A DNA stretch of 64,000 nucleotides, taken from NCBI GenBank assembly GCA_035317005.1, contig DATHHW010000137.1:384-64383 (forward strand). The letters run 5' to 3'. Under the pieces are notes generated by a model. It had not been told where the DNA came from, did not search any database, and saw nothing but the letters and a program-made list of their open reading frames with translations. Source of the stretch: Pyrinomonadaceae bacterium. Lineage in GTDB: Bacteria > Acidobacteriota > Blastocatellia > Pyrinomonadales > Pyrinomonadaceae. The translations under genes were made by a program, and so were the position numbers. Shown piece after piece: positions 45,751 to 54,776 of the stretch (position 1 is the first letter of the stretch; every line of letters begins with the position of its first letter).

Positions 45751-45887
45751 TTTGGAGTGCGCTAACTTGTTAGCGCTTTCGAACGCGGGTCACCTGTCGC
45801 GCTAACCCCAACCGGGCGTCGGAACATTTCGTGAGCCGCTGACAAGTCAGCGCAATCCAAAGCGGCGACAAGTCGCCGCACTCCAAA
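45751..45887. repeat. Family B composite element (ttggagtgcg...hairpin termini)
   Basis: Left end ttggagtgcgctaacttgttagcgcttt. Right end aaagcggcgacaagtcgccgcactccaa. Each terminus is itself a hairpin. Confidence 0.8.
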
Positions 45888-45948
45888 TTCGCGCTTCGCA
45901 ACTTCCTCACTCAACTGCTAAACTATGTTCACCGACGGAGGTAATCGA

Positions 45949-46170
45949 GTGGCACTGGTTATTTACACCAAGCCTGGCTGTCCTTACTGCCAGCAAGCGC
46001 GCGAATATTACAACTCAAAGGGCATGACGTTCATTGATCACGATGCCCAGACCAATCGCGCACTGCGGGCAGAGATGCTCAAGTTTTCCGGCGGCGATCC
46101 GACGGTTCCCTGCATCGTCAAGGACGGCAAGTTTGTGCAATCAGGATGGGGCGATCCGCTTCGCGGTTGA
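45949..46170 (+). CDS. Glutaredoxin-like protein (CPYC active site)
   Basis: GTG 45949 lies 7 nt after GGAGG. VALVIYTKPGCPYCQQAREYY...TVPCIVKDGKFV is a glutaredoxin fold. The gene ends at TGA 46168. Confidence 0.75.
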   Translation: MALVIYTKPGCPYCQQAREYYNSKGMTFIDHDAQTNRALRAEMLKFSGGDPTVPCIVKDGKFVQSGWGDPLRG

Positions 46171-46209
46171 ACGGTCCACGACTGACGAGCGGTGCGTTCG
46201 TCAACAAAA

Positions 46210-46269
46210 GTAGCATAGACTTCAGTCTGTGTTGCCGAGCAAATATCCACAGACTAAAGTCTATGCTAC
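46210..46269. repeat. Family C hairpin pair
   Basis: gtagcatagacttcagtctgtg ... cacagactaaagtctatgctac. Confidence 0.8.
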
Positions 46270-46292
46270 TAGGTCTCACTTAGGAGATTCGC

Positions 46293-48422
46293 ATGAAACC
46301 AAACAAATCCCTGCTGTTCGTTTTACTGTTATTCATTTCAATGATTGCTTTGAGAGTCTCGGCCCAGGATGGAAACTCATCTATGATGCTGCAACCCCCG
46401 CCCACGGAAAAGAAACCGAAGTTTACCGAGATTAACGGCGACCGGCTGGTCGATAACTATTTCTGGCTGCGCGAAAAGACGAACCCGGCGGTCGTGGCAC
46501 ATTTGGAAGCGGAAAATGCTTACACCACGGCCGTGATGAAGCCCACCGAGGCGTTGCAGGACAATCTCTACAAAGAGATTCTCAGTCATATCAAACAGAC
46601 GGACGCCAACGTACCGTATCGGTGGGGTGGTCACTTCTATTACACCCGCACCGTCGAAGGAAAGCAGTATCCCATCTATTGCCGCAAGCAGGGCAGCCTG
46701 ACGGCGCCTGAAGAAATCCTGCTCGATCTCAACGAGCTGGCCAAAGGACAGAAGTTCATGTCCGTAGGCAGCTTTGCTCCCAGCGATGACGGCACGCTGC
46801 TGGCTTACTCAACCGACAACACCGGTTATCGACAGTACACTTTGCAGATTAGGAACCTGCGCACTGGCGAGCTGCTGCCCGAAAAGATCGAACGGGTCGA
46901 CGACGTGGCGTGGGCTACCGACAACAAAACTATTTTCTATGTCACTGAAGACGCAGTCACCAAGCGCAACGACAAAATGTTTCGCCACGTGCTGGGCTCG
47001 GACAAGTACGAACTGATCTATGACGAGAAGGACGAGTTGTTCGACATCGGTGTGCAGCGGTCAAGGGACAAAGCTGTGATCATGCTGGGCGCTTTCAGCA
47101 AGACCTCAACCGAGTTCCAGTACATTCCCGCCAGCGATCCGAATGCCGCATGGAAAACGATCCTGACGCGCCAGGCCGATCACGAATACGACGTCGATCA
47201 TCGCGGCGATCTTTTCTACATTCGCACGAACAAAGGCGCAAAGAACTTTCGCGTGGTCACCGCGCCCGTATCCGATCCGGCTGAAAAGAATTGGAAAGAG
47301 CTCGTAGCTCACCGGCCTCTCATCAAGATCGACGGAGTCGATCTGTTCAAGGACCACGCGGTCTTGTCGGAATGGGAAAACGGCTTGCAGCAAATCGAGA
47401 TCATCGATTTCAAAACGAACAAACGCCACCGCATACAGTTTCCGGAACCTGTGTATGCCGCTGGAGTAAGCACGAATCGCGAGTTCGACACGACCGTGCT
47501 GCGCTACAACTATCAGTCGCTGGTCACGCCGAGCTCGGTCTTTGACTACGATATGAATACCAGCCACGCCACCTTGATGAAACAGACCGAAGTCCCCGGC
47601 GGGTTTGATAAAGCGAATTACAAATCTGAACGCGTGTTTGCGACCGCCAGCGACGGGACGCAAATCCCCATGTCAGTGGTCTACAAGCGCAACGTGAAGC
47701 TGGATGGCACGGCGCCGATGCTGCTTTATGCTTATGGGTCGTACGGCATTCCCATGTCGCCGACTTTTTCGGCCGGCCGTCTGGCCTTGCTCGATCGCGG
47801 CGTCATCTATGTCATCGCGCACATTCGCGGCGGCGGCGAGTTGGGCGAGCCCTGGCGCGAAGCCGGCCGCATGATGAAAAAGATGAATACCTTTACGGAC
47901 TTCATCGCCTGCGCCGAGCACCTGACGAAACAGAAATACACTTCCAGCGACAGGTTGGTGATTCAGGGCGGCAGCGCCGGCGGTTTGTTAATGGGCGCCG
48001 TCACTAACATGCGGCCCGATCTGTTCAAAGCCGTAGTGGCCCAGGTGCCGTTCGTCGATGTGCTCAACACAATGCTCGACGCGTCGCTGCCTTTGACCAC
48101 CAGCGAATACATCGAGTGGGGCAACCCGAACGAGAAGCCGGCTTACGATTACATGAAACAGTATTCGCCCTATGACAACGTTCATAAGGCGAACTATCCG
48201 GCGATGCTGGTGAAGGTTTCGCTCAACGACAGTCAAGTGCCCTATTGGGAAGGCGCGAAGTTCGTCGCGAAGATCCGCGAAATGAAGACAGATCACAATC
48301 CTCTGCTGCTGAAGACGAACATGGGCGCCGGACACGGCGGCGCTTCAGGACGCTACGACGCGATTCACGAGACCGCGTTCGATTACGCGTTCATGCTCTG
48401 GCAGATGGGCCTGACGAAGTAA
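46293..48422 (+). CDS. ptrB: S9 family peptidase, oligopeptidase B (protease II)-like
   Basis: DNYFWLREKTNPAVVAHLEAENAYT N-terminal signature. GGSAGGLLMG catalytic Ser elbow. Signal peptide present. Confidence 0.8.
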   Translation: MKPNKSLLFVLLLFISMIALRVSAQDGNSSMMLQPPPTEKKPKFTEINGDRLVDNYFWLREKTNPAVVAHLEAENAYTTAVMKPTEALQDNLYKEILSHIKQTDANVPYRWGGHFYYTRTVEGKQYPIYCRKQGSLTAPEEILLDLNELAKGQKFMSVGSFAPSDDGTLLAYSTDNTGYRQYTLQIRNLRTGELLPEKIERVDDVAWATDNKTIFYVTEDAVTKRNDKMFRHVLGSDKYELIYDEKDELFDIGVQRSRDKAVIMLGAFSKTSTEFQYIPASDPNAAWKTILTRQADHEYDVDHRGDLFYIRTNKGAKNFRVVTAPVSDPAEKNWKELVAHRPLIKIDGVDLFKDHAVLSEWENGLQQIEIIDFKTNKRHRIQFPEPVYAAGVSTNREFDTTVLRYNYQSLVTPSSVFDYDMNTSHATLMKQTEVPGGFDKANYKSERVFATASDGTQIPMSVVYKRNVKLDGTAPMLLYAYGSYGIPMSPTFSAGRLALLDRGVIYVIAHIRGGGELGEPWREAGRMMKKMNTFTDFIACAEHLTKQKYTSSDRLVIQGGSAGGLLMGAVTNMRPDLFKAVVAQVPFVDVLNTMLDASLPLTTSEYIEWGNPNEKPAYDYMKQYSPYDNVHKANYPAMLVKVSLNDSQVPYWEGAKFVAKIREMKTDHNPLLLKTNMGAGHGGASGRYDAIHETAFDYAFMLWQMGLTK

Positions 48423-48480
48423 TTTGGAGTGCGCTGACTTGTCAGCGCTTTTGAAAGCGGCGACTAGTCGCCGCACTCCA
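48423..48480. repeat. Family B element, short form
   Basis: tttggagtgcgctgacttgtcagcgctttt gaaagcggcgactagtcgccgcactcca, starting 1 nt after the ptrB stop. Confidence 0.85.
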
Positions 48481-48488
48481 TAAAAAGA

Positions 48489-48860
48489 ATGCATAAGATC
48501 AATCTCGCCCAAAAGCTTTCGCTCATTCATGATCACTGGAATCCGCGTATCACCGGTGAACTCAACGGCCAGCTACTGAAGCTCGTCAAATTCCAGGGGC
48601 CGTTCACCTGGCATCATCATGAAAACGAAGATGAGCTGTTCCTGGTAGTGGAGGGCCGCTTCCGCATGGACTATCGCGAAGACGGCAACGAACGCGAAGA
48701 ATGGATCGAAGCCGGCGAGTTGGTGATCGTGCCGCGCGGCGTCGAGCACCGGCCGTTCGCCGCGAAAGAGTGTCACGTCTTACTCTTCGAGCCCGCGTCC
48801 ACCCTGAATACCGGCAATGTCGAGGATTCATTCACCCGCAAACAGCTCGAGCGCATCTAG
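48489..48860 (+). CDS. Cupin domain protein
   Basis: GPFTWHHHENEDELFLVVEGRFRM...ELVIVPRGVEHRP are cupin motifs 1 and 2. Confidence 0.85.
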   Translation: MHKINLAQKLSLIHDHWNPRITGELNGQLLKLVKFQGPFTWHHHENEDELFLVVEGRFRMDYREDGNEREEWIEAGELVIVPRGVEHRPFAAKECHVLLFEPASTLNTGNVEDSFTRKQLERI

Positions 48861-48873
48861 TAAGGAGAGTATT

Positions 48874-49308
48874 TTGGCTGAGATTGAAAAAGGGCCAACA
48901 GTTTCCGATCTCTTCCGTTTCGCTCAAGCGATCAGAAAAGAAAATCCGCAGGCTTCTTATAAAGAGATTGCCGCGCAGATCGTGCAAAGGTTTTCGGGTG
49001 GGCCTTTACCACCGACTTACAATTTGACCATTCCGGAACAGGACGCGCGGGCGCCGGAGGAAGATTGGACAGCGGGTCTGCCACTGGTTTTGCGCGGCAT
49101 TCAACAGAACGATTGGCCAGGCATCGCGCAGGGCATTGTCCTCTCGTTAGAGCAAACTGAAAACTATGAACGCCAGCGTGGCCCGGAAGGCACGCGCGAT
49201 AAATGGCACGATCGCTCGAAAGGCGTTGCCGGAGCGACGGCGAAGGGCATCGGCAAGTGGATGCCGGAAGAATTAATAAAGCTGGCTGAAAGGAATGTCC
49301 CGAAATGA
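48874..49308 (+). CDS. Hypothetical protein
   Basis: TTG 48874 lies 6 nt after AAGGAGAG. 144 aa with no recognisable motif. The stop overlaps the next start (ATGA). Confidence 0.55.
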   Translation: MAEIEKGPTVSDLFRFAQAIRKENPQASYKEIAAQIVQRFSGGPLPPTYNLTIPEQDARAPEEDWTAGLPLVLRGIQQNDWPGIAQGIVLSLEQTENYERQRGPEGTRDKWHDRSKGVAGATAKGIGKWMPEELIKLAERNVPK

Positions 49309-49724
49309 GAATGCGACAGATCTTATTCAACTGTCTTTGTGTGTCGCTGCTGCTAGTGGCGCTGGCGGCGGTCGTCCTGGCGCAACTACCAAGTCCGGCT
49401 CCCAACACGCCAGAATGTTCTTTTCCGATTCTGAAAATGAAAGAAGTAGATAAGAGGGTAAAGATCCTCGCCAAACCCGAGCCACAGTTCCCCAGGAGCG
49501 ATAGAGAGAAATTTAGATCGAAGTCGATAACCCTCACCGCGGTCTTCTGCGGCTCGGGTAGCGTGACGGACATCAGGGTAACCCAGGGACTGAACGATGC
49601 CATGGATGAAGAGGCAATAAAGGCAGCGCGCCGGATCCAATTCATACCGGCAGAGAAGGACGGTAACAAAGTCTCACAAAAGCTTAACGTCGTGTATTTA
49701 ATTCAAGGTGGTATGAGACCATGA
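49305..49724 (+). CDS. TonB C-terminal domain-containing protein (anchored/secreted)
   Basis: N-terminal hydrophobic segment. KPEPQFPRS...ITLTAVFCGSGSVTDIRVTQGLNDAMDEEAIKAARRIQFIPAEKDGNKVS fits the TonB_C pattern. Confidence 0.7.
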   Translation: MRMRQILFNCLCVSLLLVALAAVVLAQLPSPAPNTPECSFPILKMKEVDKRVKILAKPEPQFPRSDREKFRSKSITLTAVFCGSGSVTDIRVTQGLNDAMDEEAIKAARRIQFIPAEKDGNKVSQKLNVVYLIQGGMRP

Positions 49725-50182
49725 CCCAACAATATGCCGAACTAATCACCGGCTTTCCTTTGTTTAAAGGCTTCACCGTAAACGGCACGCAGAGACTAGT
49801 CGACGCGGGCGAAGTAAAGGAGTCCGCCGCCGGCGACGTGTTGCTGAAAGAAGGCGACAACTCGGACTTCGTGCTGCTCGTTCTATCGGGCAAACTCGAA
49901 GTGTTCGTCGAGCGCGACGGCCAGAAGCTGGTTTTGACTGAAGCAAATCCCGGAACGATCCTCGGAGAGTTGGCTATGTTGTGCGGCCTGCCGCGCTCAG
50001 CATCAGTACAGGCCAAAGAGAATTCCGCAGTGCTGGAGTGGCCCGATGAAGCTTTCCGCACCCTACTGCTGCGCGATCCTTCTCTGTCGCAGCGAATCTT
50101 TGGTCAGGCCCTTCGCACCCTGGTTGAGAAAGAGAAGTCGCTGATTGAATCGCTGGTTAAGGAACAAAAGGCTAGCGCTTAA
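49721..50182 (+). CDS. Stand-alone cyclic-nucleotide-binding domain protein
   Basis: FPLFKGF...GDVLLKEGD...GTILGELAMLCGLPRSASVQA is the cNMP-binding signature. There is no HTH. ATGA overlap with the upstream gene. Confidence 0.8.
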   Translation: MTQQYAELITGFPLFKGFTVNGTQRLVDAGEVKESAAGDVLLKEGDNSDFVLLVLSGKLEVFVERDGQKLVLTEANPGTILGELAMLCGLPRSASVQAKENSAVLEWPDEAFRTLLLRDPSLSQRIFGQALRTLVEKEKSLIESLVKEQKASA

Positions 50183-50240
50183 GCTTGAATAGTTGCGCGT
50201 TAGTGTTTGGCGAAAGATTTGATTCTGTGTGGAAGACTCT

Positions 50241-50469
50241 GGCCTCAGCGCCAAAGGCGCTAAATGTAGAAGCCTGGGGCAACGCCCCAGGTGGAGAGTC
50301 CATAAAAACTTGGAAGCGCTGAAGGCGCGAAATAGGAAGTTTCGGAGATTGGTACTGATTGCACCGCCTCCAAGATCATTTCGCGCTTTCAGCGCTAGGC
50401 CCCTTTGACCGATTCCGCCTGGGCCGATGGCCCAGGCTATTACATTTCGCGCCTTTGGCGCTGAGGCCT
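50241..50469. repeat. Family H ~230-bp nested palindromic element
   Basis: Outer arms ggcctcagcgccaaaggcgctaaatgtagaagcctggggcaacgccccagg / cctgggccgatggcccaggctattacatttcgcgcctttggcgctgaggcc. Inner arms gcgctgaaggcgcgaaat / atttcgcgctttcagcgc. Confidence 0.85.
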
Positions 50470-50523
50470 TGGTTTTCATTTGGTGTCGGGGTTACTTGAC
50501 GAATAACAAGATCACCATTGACT

Positions 50524-51207
50524 ATGAGCTTTCTCGACGGTCTAATCAAAGATCCAAAATATCAGAACGCCAATCCGCGCCCACCGGAAGAGGTTTCGGA
50601 TCCGGAAATCATTATCAGTCCTGACACGCGGCGCAAGAATCGGATTCCGCCGGGGCAGACGCGGACAAAAAAGTGGCCGGTGCTCGATGCACACGGCGCG
50701 CCGCCGGTCGATCTGGCTACGTGGATGTTTGAAGTTGACGGTCTGGTCGACAAGCCTCTGACATTTTCGCTCGATGAGTTCATGCAACTGCCGCCCGTGA
50801 AGGTCTATTCCGACTTTCATTGCGTAACGCGCTGGTCGCGGCTCGACAATGTTTGGACCGGAGTGTCAACCAGCGAAATCGCCAGACTCGCCGGCGTCAA
50901 ACCAGAGGCAAAGTTCGTTTTGGCTTTAGCGTACGACTATGGATGGACGACAAACGTTCCCATCGAATACTTTCTCAAAGAAGATTCACTCTTTGCTTTT
51001 CTGCATGACGGTGCGCCGATACCACCCGAGCATGGCGGCCCCGTCCGTCTAATCATCCCGCAACTCTACGCGTGGAAATCCGCGAAGTGGGTCAAAGGCG
51101 TGCGCTTCCTGGCCGAAGATCAGCCGGGCTTCTGGGAAGAAGGCGGCTATCACATGCGCGGCAATCCCTGGACGAGCGACGACGGGGAAAGATTTCGCTG
51201 GTCGTGA
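50524..51207 (+). CDS. Sulfite-oxidase-like molybdopterin-binding oxidoreductase
   Basis: ATG 50524. FHCVTRWSRLDNVWTGV (Moco Cys region) and GGPVRLIIPQLYAWKSAKWV are typical of the SO/YedY-type family. Confidence 0.75.
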   Translation: MSFLDGLIKDPKYQNANPRPPEEVSDPEIIISPDTRRKNRIPPGQTRTKKWPVLDAHGAPPVDLATWMFEVDGLVDKPLTFSLDEFMQLPPVKVYSDFHCVTRWSRLDNVWTGVSTSEIARLAGVKPEAKFVLALAYDYGWTTNVPIEYFLKEDSLFAFLHDGAPIPPEHGGPVRLIIPQLYAWKSAKWVKGVRFLAEDQPGFWEEGGYHMRGNPWTSDDGERFRWS

Positions 51208-51244
51208 TACTTCAGCGTTACGTGATCGATGAAGACGGATTTGA

Positions 51245-51331
51245 AACGCAAAGGTACGCAGAGGTTGGCGCAAAGGTCGCCAAGAATTTCTTTGCGTTCC
51301 TTTGCGAATTCCTTTGCGTTCCTTTGCGTTT
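51245..51331. repeat. Family E palindromic element
   Basis: aacgcaaaggtacgcagagg ... cctttgcgaattcctttgcgttcctttgcgtt. Confidence 0.8.
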
Positions 51332-51349
51332 AAGCTTTCTTCTGTAACC

Positions 51350-52921
51350 TTGAACCTTCACTCCAAACAGACTAAGGAAGCTCTAGCGTCGCCGATAGTC
51401 CCCAAAGACGCCGCCGCCATCATCCTCGTTCGGCCCGATACCGATCCCACCAATCCCGAAATTTTTTGGGTAAAGCGCAGCACGAAGCTCGCTTTTCTCG
51501 GAGGCTTTTATGCTTTTCCCGGCGGCCAGCGCGAAACCAGCGACGCTGAAACCCCTGTCGAGAACCTCGCCGATCAAGAGCAAGCAGCAATGATCAGTTG
51601 TGCCGCGCGTGAGTTGTTTGAAGAGACCGGCGTCCTGCTGGCGCGTGGTTCGCAGACACTGACTGTCGGCCAGCGTGCGTCGCTGCTGGACGATCTCGAA
51701 TCAAAACGGATGACCTGGCCAGAGTTGCTGAACCTTTATGGATTGCATCTCGACCCTCGTGACTTCACTTTCGCCGGCCGTTGGGTGACGCCTCCCTTTG
51801 CGCCGAGGCGTTTCGATACCTGGTTTTTTCTCGTCACTTGTCCCGCCAAGCAATCACCGAAGATCACGGAAGATTCTGAACTCGAGAGCGGCGAGTGGAT
51901 CCGCGCACGTGACGCCTATGCCAAATGGGAACGCAGCGAAATTGTCGCGGTACCGCCGGTCCTGCATTTGCTGAAGACGCTTGCGGGTGGACTCAGCGAT
52001 GACCTGGTCGAACGATTTCTATCGGTGCCCGAAGCGCGTCGCGTACCTACGCGGTGCATTGAGTTTCGGCCCAACTACATTTGTTTTCCCGTGCGCACGC
52101 CCACGAAGCCGCCGGCCACCCATACCAACTGTTATCTAATTTACAACTCTCGCGTCGTCCTGGTGATCGATCCTGGGTCGCCTTATGAAGACGAACAAAG
52201 TGCGCTGGCTGGTTGTGTCGATGATTTGATTGCCGCAGGAAAGACCGTGCGTGAGATCATCCTCACGCATGTCCATCCGGACCACGTGGCTGGCGTCAAT
52301 GCTTTAAACGATCATCTTGAGCAGAGGCACGGCGGGCGCGTTCCGGTTGCCGCGCACCGTTTGACTGCCGAGTCATTAAAGAACCAGGTCAGCGTCGATC
52401 GCGAGATCGAGGATGACGAAGTTCTGGAGTTGCCGGGCGAACCTTCGATCGAGTTGCACGCGCTGTACACGCCCGGACACGCTCGCGGTCATCTCTGCTT
52501 CTACGACGAACGAACGGGAGCGCTGATTTCCGGTGACAACATTGTCGGATTCGGGTCGGTCCTGATCGATCCGCCCGAAGGCAACATGCGCGAATATCTC
52601 GATTCGCTCAGAAGAATGCGCGCGCTGCCGAAGTTGTCTGTCCTGTTTGGGGGACACGGGCCCGCGATTGCGAATCCGTACGAGAAGATCGACGAATACA
52701 TCGCACATCGTTTGCAGCGCGAAGAGCTGATTCTCGCCGCAGTGCGCGAAGGTGCTTCAACTCCAAAAGCAATCGTTGCCCGCGCCTACACCGACGTTTC
52801 TCCGAAAGCTCACGCCATGGCTGAACGCGCGGTGCTGGCGCATTTGGAGAAGTTGGAAGGCGACGGAATGGTGTCTCGATCCGGCGATCGTTCTTATCGT
52901 GCCACACAAGCAAACGACTAA
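51350..52921 (+). CDS. Nudix hydrolase - metallo-beta-lactamase fold fusion protein
   Basis: N-terminal PGGQRE...AARELFEETGV (Nudix box with an insertion). C-terminal THVHPDHVAG (HxHxDH) and TPGHARGH. The start is uncertain (TTG 51350, or 51302 inside the repeat). Confidence 0.7.
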   Translation: MNLHSKQTKEALASPIVPKDAAAIILVRPDTDPTNPEIFWVKRSTKLAFLGGFYAFPGGQRETSDAETPVENLADQEQAAMISCAARELFEETGVLLARGSQTLTVGQRASLLDDLESKRMTWPELLNLYGLHLDPRDFTFAGRWVTPPFAPRRFDTWFFLVTCPAKQSPKITEDSELESGEWIRARDAYAKWERSEIVAVPPVLHLLKTLAGGLSDDLVERFLSVPEARRVPTRCIEFRPNYICFPVRTPTKPPATHTNCYLIYNSRVVLVIDPGSPYEDEQSALAGCVDDLIAAGKTVREIILTHVHPDHVAGVNALNDHLEQRHGGRVPVAAHRLTAESLKNQVSVDREIEDDEVLELPGEPSIELHALYTPGHARGHLCFYDERTGALISGDNIVGFGSVLIDPPEGNMREYLDSLRRMRALPKLSVLFGGHGPAIANPYEKIDEYIAHRLQREELILAAVREGASTPKAIVARAYTDVSPKAHAMAERAVLAHLEKLEGDGMVSRSGDRSYRATQAND

Positions 52922-53008
52922 ACGCAAAGGACGCAGAGGATTTCGCAGAGGAACGCAAAGGAAAGACCTTGACGGTGCTGTGCGTTCGAACTTTGCCTCC
53001 TTTGCGGT
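52921..53008. repeat. Family E element
   Basis: aacgcaaaggacgcagaggatttcgcagaggaacgcaaagg ... ctttgcctcctttgcgg, abutting the stop codon at 52919..52921. Confidence 0.8.
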
Positions 53009-53021
53009 TAGAATCGTGTCC

Positions 53022-54491
53022 ATGGAACGAGCAAGGACTTTAGGCGAACTGAAAGAGACTGGCTATGAATGCGTCTCAGTCAAAGACGAGCTGCGCGCAA
53101 ACCTGATTCGCAAATTACAATCGCGCGAAAGACTTTTTCCAGGCATCGTTGGCTACGATGAAACCGTCGTCCCGCAACTAATCAACGCGGTTCTGGCGCG
53201 GCATAACCTGATTCTGCTCGGTCTGCGCGGGCAGGCGAAGAGCCGGATCATTCGCCAGCTAACGAACCTTCTGGATGACCAGATTCCAATCATCGCGGGT
53301 TCCGAAGTCAACGACAATCCCTTTCATCCGATTAGCGCTTACGGACGACAGATGATCGAGTTGCATGCCGATGCAACGCAAATTGCATGGGTCGATCGCG
53401 ACGCGCGTTTCGTCGAGAAACTTGCCACTCCCGACGTGACCATCGCCGACATCATCGGCGACGTCGATCCGATCAAGGCAGCGAAAGGCGGACATCTCCT
53501 AAGCGACGAGTTGACGATTCACTATGGACTTTTGCCGCGCGCTAATCGTGGCATCTTTGCGATCAACGAACTACCTGATCTGGCCGGCAAGATCCAAGTC
53601 GGGCTTTTCAACATCATGCAGGAAGGCGACGTGCAGATTAAGGGCTACCCGGTGCGCCTGCCGCTCGACGTGATGCTGGTCTTCTCGGCGAACCCGGAAG
53701 ACTACACGGCGCGCGGCAAGATCATTTCTCCTTTGAAGGATCGCATCGGCGCCGAAATCCTGACGCACTATCCCAAAGAGATCGACCTCGGGGTTCAAAT
53801 CACGCGACAGGAAGCCTGGACCGATCGCGATGGTTTTCAGGATCGCCTGCTGATTACCGATTTCATTCGCGAGGTGATCGAACAGATTGCGTTCGAAGCG
53901 AGAGATGATCAGAGGATAGACAAGCACTCGGGAGTTTCTCAGCGACTGCCCATCAGCGTGATGGAGTCCGTCGTATCCAACGCCGAACGCCGCGCACTGT
54001 TAACCGGCGAAGAGCAGATTGCCCCGCGAATCGCCGACATCTACGCCGCGATTCCTTCCATGACCGGCAAGATGGAGCTGGAATACGAAGGCGAGCAGAT
54101 CGGCGCCAATCGGATCGCGAAAGATTTAATCAAACGCGCCGCCGGTGAAATCTTCGAAGGCTATTTTGTCGGCATCGAGTTTGCCGGGACTATTAACTGG
54201 TTTGATGCGGGCAATAATCTGCGTCTGGCGGACACTGCTGCGGCTGAAGAGTGTATGCTGCTGCTCGAATCAGTGCCCGAACTCCTGGACACGGCGCGGA
54301 TTCCCTTCGACTTCAACCGCAAGGACAGAGCCCAGACGGTCGCCGCGTGCGAATTCGCGCTGGAAGGCCTGTACGCCGCCAACAAGATCAGCCGTAATGA
54401 AGAAGGCGGGTACACAGCGGTGACAAAGGCGAAGAAGGATCGGCGGGGGATGATCTATGATGATTTGACGGAGACCGGGAAGTTCAGTTAA
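53022..54491 (+). CDS. AAA+ ATPase, Mg-chelatase subunit I / MoxR-like
   Basis: Start set at MERARTLGELKETGYE. Walker A-like GLRGQAKS, Walker B-like GIFAINELPD. Co-directional with a VWA protein, with a 2-gene TA module between them. Confidence 0.7.
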   Translation: MERARTLGELKETGYECVSVKDELRANLIRKLQSRERLFPGIVGYDETVVPQLINAVLARHNLILLGLRGQAKSRIIRQLTNLLDDQIPIIAGSEVNDNPFHPISAYGRQMIELHADATQIAWVDRDARFVEKLATPDVTIADIIGDVDPIKAAKGGHLLSDELTIHYGLLPRANRGIFAINELPDLAGKIQVGLFNIMQEGDVQIKGYPVRLPLDVMLVFSANPEDYTARGKIISPLKDRIGAEILTHYPKEIDLGVQITRQEAWTDRDGFQDRLLITDFIREVIEQIAFEARDDQRIDKHSGVSQRLPISVMESVVSNAERRALLTGEEQIAPRIADIYAAIPSMTGKMELEYEGEQIGANRIAKDLIKRAAGEIFEGYFVGIEFAGTINWFDAGNNLRLADTAAAEECMLLLESVPELLDTARIPFDFNRKDRAQTVAACEFALEGLYAANKISRNEEGGYTAVTKAKKDRRGMIYDDLTETGKFS

Positions 54492-54539
54492 TCGTTCTTG
54501 GTTAACACCCGCGCGGGCATTTGCTAGACTGAATTTGCA

Positions 54540-54776
54540 ATGAGCACTAGAGCAGACACAATCCTCGATACGGCGCTGGCTCTGCCCCCAGATGAACGCG
54601 CTTGGCTTGCCTCCGAGTTGATCGCGAGTCTTGACGAAGGTGAAGGCGCTGACGTCGAAGCGGTGTGGGCCACCGAGATTGAACGACGTATCGCCGAAGT
54701 CGAATCAGGCGAAGCGAAAACCGTAAGCTGGGAAGAGGCGCGCACCCGAATCAAGTCAACGCTCGCGAAGTCGTGA
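54540..54776 (+). CDS. Addiction-module antitoxin component (Unstab_antitox / TIGR02574-like)
   Basis: 78 aa. ILDTALALPPDERAWLASELIASLD...WATEIERRIAEVESGEAKTVSWEE is the typical signature. Confidence 0.8.
   Translation: MSTRADTILDTALALPPDERAWLASELIASLDEGEGADVEAVWATEIERRIAEVESGEAKTVSWEEARTRIKSTLAKS

Noticed and set aside
45581-45890. Clustered repeats as a possible CRISPR array (also 48423..48480 and 62024..62123)
   Set aside because: The units are inverted rather than direct, are irregularly spaced with no unique spacers of constant length, and belong to families dispersed across the window. No cas genes are present.
48932-49669. 245-aa minus-strand ORF spanning two plus-strand genes
   Set aside because: It crosses the ATGA-coupled junction of two plus-strand genes that have RBSs and a TonB_C signature. 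Its composition is Ser/Arg/Cys-rich and motif-free.
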